Source: an uncultured delta proteobacterium
Lineage (GTDB): Bacteria; Myxococcota_A; UBA9160; SMWR01
Direction: 5' to 3'
Length of the DNA: 64,000 bases
Assembly (NCBI GenBank): GCA_963832165.1
Contig: CAWHTE010000001.1
Coordinates: 32,001 to 96,000, forward strand
The notes beneath the pieces are model-generated. The model did not search any database. It was not told the origin of the DNA and saw only the letters and a list, made by a program, of their open reading frames with translations. A program made the position numbers and the translations under genes. The first letter of the stretch is position 1; each line of letters starts with the position of its first letter. Below are positions 58,962 to 64,000 of the stretch, one piece after another.

Positions 58962-61324
58962 GCGATCGCGCGATCCGCTGGCTGTTCGGGGTCGTGCTCG
59001 CCGCGCTCGGAGCGTGGACCGCGACGCACGTCGAGCTCTCCACGGACATCAGCCGCTTCATGCCGGCCGAGAGCGATGCCGAGCTGGCCTCGCTGGCGTC
59101 GCGGCTCTCGGACAGCGAGCTCACGCGCACGATGATCCTGACCGTGGGCGCGCCAGACCCCGTTGCGGCCGTGGCCGCCGCGCGCTCGCTCGCCGAGCGC
59201 CTGCGCGCGCACCCCGAGCTCGAGAGCGTGCGCAGCGGCGTCGACCCCGAGCAGCTCGAGGAGGTGTATCGGCTCTACTTTCCGCGCCGCCACGCCTTCG
59301 TCTCCGAGGATCCCGAGCGCGAGATCCCCGCGCTCGCGGCGCCCGACGCGCTGCGCCGGCGCGCGCGCGAGGTGCGCGAGAGCCTCGCGCTCCCGACCGC
59401 CGCGCTGACCAAGCGCCTCGCGACGAGCGATCCGATCGGCGCATTCGAGCGACTCGTCGGACGGCTGCGCAGCCAACGGCCGCCGCTCGACATGCTCGAC
59501 GGCAGCTTCGTCACGCCCGACCACCGTTTCGCGGTGGTGTTCCTCACCACGCGCTCCTCCGCGTTCGACTCCGATCCGCAGGCGCGCCTGCTCGCGGACA
59601 TCGACGCGGCGTTCGCAGAGATCGCGGGCGCGAGCTCTGCTCCGCTCGCGCTCGAGAAGAGCGGCGCGAACCGCTTCGCCGTGGCCGCCGAGGCCGGCAT
59701 CCGGCGCGACATGAACTGGATCATCGCGGTGTCGTCGCTCGGCGTCGCGGTGGTGTTCATCGCGTTCCTGCGCTCGCTGCACTACTTCCTGCTCGTGGTG
59801 CTGCCCGCGGTGTCGGGAATCGTCGTCGCGACCGCGGTCACGCGGCTCGCGTTCGGGCGCATCGACGGTGTCACGATGGCGTTCGGCGCGTCGCTGATCG
59901 GCGTCGCGATCGACTACTCGATCCACGTGCTCGACCACCACGCGCTCGATCCGAGCGCCGAGATCCGCACGCTCGTGCGCAAGCTGCGCGCGTCGGTCGC
60001 AGTGGGCGGGCTCACCACGATGGCGAGCTTCGTCGGGCTCGCGTTGACCTCGTTCCCGGGCTTCCGCGAGATCGGTTTCTTCTCGACGGTGGGGATCGGC
60101 GTCTCGATCGCGGTGACGCTGTTCGTGCTGCCCGCGTTCCTGTCGGGCGAGCTGCCGGGGCGATCGGTTCCGCCGCTCGCCGCGCGCGTCTCGGGGGCGT
60201 TCGGCGACGCGGTGCGCGGGCTCGCGGCGCGCCCGCGCGTGCTCGCGCTCGTGCCGATCGCGTGCATCGCCGCGACGGCGGTGTTCGCGCCGCGGCTGGA
60301 TTTCGACGACGACCTCACGCATCTCATGTCGCTCGATCCCGGGCTGCGCGCCGAGGAGGAGCGCGTGCGCGCGCGCGTCGCGCGCGAGGATTCCGGGCGC
60401 GTGATCTTCGCGCTCGGCGCCGACGCCGACGAAGCGGTCGCGCGCAACGACGCGGTGGCGGAGCGGCTCGCGGCCGCCCACGCGGCGGGGCGGATCGGCG
60501 AGTTCCGCTCGCTGCACGCGCTGCTCTGGTCGCGCGAGCTGCAGCAGCGCAACCTCGCCGCGCTCGGTGCGATCCCCGACCTCGCCGACCGCGTCGAGGC
60601 TGCGTTCGCAGCCGAGGGCTTTCGCGCGGAGGCGCTCGCGCCGTTCCGCGCCGCGCTCGCCGAGCCCGCGCCTGCGCCGCTCGACGCAGCGGCGCTGCGC
60701 GCCTCACCGCTGCGCGATCTCGTCGCGCCGCTGCTGCTCGATCTCGGCGACCAGGCGGCGGCCGTCACCTATCTGCGCGGGAGCTCCTCGGTCGAGCAGC
60801 TCGAAGGCGAGCTCGCGGGCCTCGAGCACGTACACGTGTTCGATCAGGGGCGATTCGCGAACGCGATCTACCGCGAGTTCCGCATCACCACGATCGAGCA
60901 GATCGGCGTGGGCAGCGGCCTCGTCCTGCTCGTGCTCGCGCTCTACTACCGGCGCCTGCGGCCCGCGCTCGCGGCATTCCTGCCCTCGCTGCTGGTCGCG
61001 GGCGCCGTGGTTGCGGTGTTCGCGGCCGTCGGCGCGCCGATGAACCTCCTGCACGTGACGAGCCTCGTGATGGTGATGGGCATGGGCGTCGACTACGGCG
61101 TGTTCCTCGTCGACAGCGCGCGCGACCGCAAGGAGCTCGACGGCACGCTCTTCTCGCTCTTCCTGTCCTGTCTCACCACGGTGTTCGTGTTCGGCACGCT
61201 CGCGATCTCCGAGCACACCGCGCTGCGCGCGATGGGCGCGACCACGGGCCTGGGCATCCTGCTCTCGTTCGCACTCGCGCCCGTGACGCTGTTGCTGTTG
61301 CCGCGAGCCGAGCGCACGCCGTGA
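58958..61324 (+). CDS. MMPL-family exporter (ApeM-like)
   Basis: FGASLIGVAIDY and GMGVDYGVF; two TM blocks. Confidence 0.9.
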   Translation: MSDRAIRWLFGVVLAALGAWTATHVELSTDISRFMPAESDAELASLASRLSDSELTRTMILTVGAPDPVAAVAAARSLAERLRAHPELESVRSGVDPEQLEEVYRLYFPRRHAFVSEDPEREIPALAAPDALRRRAREVRESLALPTAALTKRLATSDPIGAFERLVGRLRSQRPPLDMLDGSFVTPDHRFAVVFLTTRSSAFDSDPQARLLADIDAAFAEIAGASSAPLALEKSGANRFAVAAEAGIRRDMNWIIAVSSLGVAVVFIAFLRSLHYFLLVVLPAVSGIVVATAVTRLAFGRIDGVTMAFGASLIGVAIDYSIHVLDHHALDPSAEIRTLVRKLRASVAVGGLTTMASFVGLALTSFPGFREIGFFSTVGIGVSIAVTLFVLPAFLSGELPGRSVPPLAARVSGAFGDAVRGLAARPRVLALVPIACIAATAVFAPRLDFDDDLTHLMSLDPGLRAEEERVRARVAREDSGRVIFALGADADEAVARNDAVAERLAAAHAAGRIGEFRSLHALLWSRELQQRNLAALGAIPDLADRVEAAFAAEGFRAEALAPFRAALAEPAPAPLDAAALRASPLRDLVAPLLLDLGDQAAAVTYLRGSSSVEQLEGELAGLEHVHVFDQGRFANAIYREFRITTIEQIGVGSGLVLLVLALYYRRLRPALAAFLPSLLVAGAVVAVFAAVGAPMNLLHVTSLVMVMGMGVDYGVFLVDSARDRKELDGTLFSLFLSCLTTVFVFGTLAISEHTALRAMGATTGLGILLSFALAPVTLLLLPRAERTP

Positions 61325-61783
61325 CGTCGAGCGCTCGCGTCGCCGCGCTCGCTGCGTTCGCGCTCGGCTGCGCCGCGTTCCCGCTCGCGGCTCCGCCGCG
61401 GATCGCCGACTGCGGCGGGCCGCTGCTCTCGACCGCCGAGATTCCGGGCGGGAACTTCCGGCTGCGCGAGCGCGTACGGATCGCGGGCGGCGGCGTCGAC
61501 CTCGCGCTCGAAGTGCTCGCGGAGCGGCGCGCGGATCGCCTGGTCGTCGTCGCGTTCAACGAGTTCGGGGCGCCGGGTGTTCTCTGCGGTGCAGAGCGGA
61601 CTCGAGGTCGAGACCGAAACGAAGCTCGGCCGCGCGCTCGCGGTGTCGCCCGAGAACGTGCTGCGCGATCTGCACGAGGCGCGGTTCTTCCACCCGGAGT
61701 CGGGCGAGCGGACCGTCGTGCGCAGGACCGGCTGCGACTACAGCGCCACGTTCGTGCGCGTCGAGCGCCGGCCGCTGCGCTGA
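61321..61783 (+). CDS. DUF3261-like lipoprotein (frameshift near 61575)
   Basis: GTGA overlap; lipobox ALGC; LVVVAFNEFG; position after the MMPL gene. Confidence 0.6.
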
Positions 61784-61804
61784 GCTCCGACCGGGGTCGG
61801 AGCT
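61783..61804 (+). terminator. GC-rich hairpin directly after the operon end
   Basis: AGCTCCGACC-GG-GGTCGGAGCT; no U-tract. Confidence 0.4.
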
Positions 61805-61894
61805 GGTCTGGATTCCGCGCACGCACACAGTATTGTTCCGCCGCCCCCCTCCTCGCTCCCGCGGCCTGAATTGCCCAACTCGGGGAGGAATCCG

Positions 61895-62968
61895 ATGAAG
61901 CGCCGATCGTGCGTCTTCGGCTCGGTGGCGATCAGTCTCTGCTTGGGGGGCGGTCCGATCGCCGCGGAGGAATCCGCGCCGGCGCCCGAGATCGTCGAGG
62001 AGGAATCGGCGCCCGTGCCGGAGGTTGCCGCGCCCGTCGCCGCGGCGGAGGACACCGGAGCCGGCAACGCGGGCAGCCGGGGGTTCCATATCGTCGGCGA
62101 GCTCCTGATCGTCCAGCCCACGCTCGACGACAGCTACTTCGTGTTGACCGCACCGAGCTCGAACGTCCCGAGCGGACAGCGCAAGAACAACGAGTACGAC
62201 GGCGAGCCCGCGTTCCGCTTCGGGGTCGGCTACGCGGTCGGCGACACGGGCCGCGAGCTCGAGCTCGGCTACACGTGGATCGACGCCGAGGCGTCGGAGA
62301 CGGTCGGTGGGACCAATCTGTCGGCGGCGCTCGGGAGCCCCGACTTCGCCAGCTCGTTCGAAGACTACGCCGGGGTCGCGTCGGCCGATTCCGAGTTCTC
62401 GTTCCAGCGCATCGACGCGCAGGTGATCCAGTCGTGGGACCTCTCGGACGCGGAGTTCAACCTCCGGTTCGGCGTCGAGTGGGTCGACTTCCGCGTCTCC
62501 GAGGAATACGTGTTCGTGAACGCAGTGACGGCGGGCCTGGTCCATGGCGCGTCGCGCAGCTGGGGCATCGGCCCCGACGTCGGTATCGGTCTCCGCTACG
62601 ACATCTGTCAGGCGTGCGGCATTCCGGGCGTGTTCTCGCTGAACCTGGGCTCCTCGGTTGGACTCGTGCTCGGCGAGACCCACTCGCGCACGACCGAGCT
62701 GATCACGGGAGTCGCCCCGAACGCGGTGCGCGACGACGAGACCTCGCGCGTGATCCCGTCGCTGCACGCGCGCGGCGGATTCAGCTACGCGGTTCCGGTC
62801 GCGGAGCGCGTCGGCCTTTCGGTCAACGTCGGCTACCAGATCGACAGCTATCTCGACGGCGCCCGGCGCATCGCGTTCGTGGACGACGTCGCGGACGGGC
62901 TCGCCTCGACCGACAGCTACGACGTGAGCGTGCAGGGGCTCTACGCGTCGCTGGGTGTCGTGTTCTAG
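61895..62968 (+). CDS. Outer-membrane beta-barrel (Lpg1974-like porin)
   Basis: Signal peptide; amphipathic strands; C-terminal Phe (GLYASLGVVF). Confidence 0.7.
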   Translation: MKRRSCVFGSVAISLCLGGGPIAAEESAPAPEIVEEESAPVPEVAAPVAAAEDTGAGNAGSRGFHIVGELLIVQPTLDDSYFVLTAPSSNVPSGQRKNNEYDGEPAFRFGVGYAVGDTGRELELGYTWIDAEASETVGGTNLSAALGSPDFASSFEDYAGVASADSEFSFQRIDAQVIQSWDLSDAEFNLRFGVEWVDFRVSEEYVFVNAVTAGLVHGASRSWGIGPDVGIGLRYDICQACGIPGVFSLNLGSSVGLVLGETHSRTTELITGVAPNAVRDDETSRVIPSLHARGGFSYAVPVAERVGLSVNVGYQIDSYLDGARRIAFVDDVADGLASTDSYDVSVQGLYASLGVVF

Positions 62969-62969
62969 T

Positions 62970-63494
62970 TCACTTCACCGGGACGTAGTAGAGCCAGGCG
63001 TCCTGGTCGACCACGATGTCGATCAGGCTCCCGTTGCGCACGTCGAGATGGACGTAGATCGGGGTTCCCTTGTCGACGATGATCCCGTAGCCGGGGGGGA
63101 ACGCCGTGTAGGTGTTCGTGATGTTCGAGCCGAGGTAGGTGCTGCCCGAGGTGGCACCGTAGGAGAACAAGCCCGGGCCCACGTACTTCGCGCGCGAGAT
63201 GCAGCCCTGGGAGTCGGTCCCCGAGCACATGTACATCTGGGGTCGCGTGCTCACCTCGATGTCGACGTAGAGGGCGAGGTCGGTCTGCTCGGCGAGCGAT
63301 ACGGCCAGGATCGCGATCTTCTGTGGGGGCACCCACACCCCGGCCTGGGCGCGGTGACAGGTCTTCCCCTTCAGACACATCCCCGTCGTGCTCTTGATCA
63401 CGGCGGTCGAGAGCGGCTTCACCTGCGCCGGAGCCGGCGAGGGCAGGAGCAGCGCGAGCAGCAGCGCGAACGGCAGGCGGCGCAGTGTCGTCAT
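62970..63494 (-). CDS. Secreted hypothetical protein
   Basis: Signal peptide ending APA; 4 Cys; beta-rich. Confidence 0.7.
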   Translation of the reverse strand: MTTLRRLPFALLLALLLPSPAPAQVKPLSTAVIKSTTGMCLKGKTCHRAQAGVWVPPQKIAILAVSLAEQTDLALYVDIEVSTRPQMYMCSGTDSQGCISRAKYVGPGLFSYGATSGSTYLGSNITNTYTAFPPGYGIIVDKGTPIYVHLDVRNGSLIDIVVDQDAWLYYVPVK

Positions 63495-63652
63495 CGCGTT
63501 GCGCGAGAGAGTATCGGGCCCGCGTCGCCTATGCTCCGGTGCGTCGCTGGCGTCCCCAGCCTGGTTTCGGCTCGGCGGGAATCCCGTAAGCGAGAGCGCC
63601 GGATGGACGAAGAGAGTGGGAGGAGCCGGAGGCGCGCCGGTGCGGCGAGACG

Positions 63653-64000
63653 ATGACCGCTGAACGGATTCCGCTCGATCGGCTCGGCTGGGCGCGCCAT
63701 ACCATCCAGGCGTTCGGGGCCTCGGATGTGGGCCGCCACGCCGTGCGGCTCTCCGTGTCGCTCGTGGTGCTGATGCTCGCGATCAGCGCGATGAACGTCG
63801 TGAACAGCTTCGTGGGCCGCGATTTCATGACGTCGATCGAGCAGCGCGACGCGAACGCGTTCGTCTACATGGCGTTCGTCTACGTGGGGGTGTTCGCCGC
63901 CTCCACGGTGCTCGCGGTGTTGTTCCGCTTCTGCGAGGAGCGCCTGGGCCTGCTCTGGCGCCAGTGGCTCACGCGGGCGCTCGTGCTCGACTACCTCGGG
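63653..64000 (+). CDS. ABC transporter permease/ATPase, SbmA/BacA/YddA-like, 5' part (runs off the window)
   Basis: Manual translation: MTAERIPL...NVVNSFVGRDFMTSIEQRD...EERLGLLWRQWLT. Confidence 0.8.
   Translation, partial: MTAERIPLDRLGWARHTIQAFGASDVGRHAVRLSVSLVVLMLAISAMNVVNSFVGRDFMTSIEQRDANAFVYMAFVYVGVFAASTVLAVLFRFCEERLGLLWRQWLTRALVLDYLG

Noticed and set aside
63495..63652. Possible riboswitch or REP upstream of the ABC transporter
   Set aside because: Only a degenerate GGGAGGAGCCGGAGGCG match with no GTAG foot, and no recognisable aptamer.

Overview
A high-GC (about 70%) bacterial chromosome segment. PEP-CTERM proteins and LolA and beta-barrel genes indicate a diderm. The gene repertoire suggests a Myxococcota/Binatia-like organism, which is inference only. 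At least 15 otherwise intact genes are split by small indels, consistent with unpolished long-read sequence, and several apparent fusions in the ORF track are artefacts of this. Layout: (1) 1-8.4 kb is a cell-surface locus. Two secreted proteins carry a near-identical TSP3-like plus duplicated dockerin-like module and flank two paralogous small PEP-CTERM proteins (candidate cohesin-like anchors) and alkB. One of the two is a roughly 1,575-aa alpha/beta-hydrolase/dockerin/beta-helix/diheme-cytochrome fusion. This is the best candidate for an undescribed system. (2) 8.4-45 kb holds catabolic, detox and DNA-repair genes: a Mo-oxidoreductase, SDRs, 4 GSTs, 2 amidohydrolases, 2 P450s, an FMO, a CoA-transferase, 2 DNA glycosylases, an SPFH/RHH module and an XRE regulator with a palindromic operator. 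(3) 45.9-61.8 kb is a rearranged aryl-polyene-like type II PKS cluster with a halogenase-like flavoprotein and an embedded DUF3556/CrtI-like pair. (4) The end carries an outer-membrane beta-barrel and the start of an ABC transporter. A family of GTAG-type REP palindromes is dispersed through the window. No rRNA, tRNA, CRISPR array or transposase was recognised.
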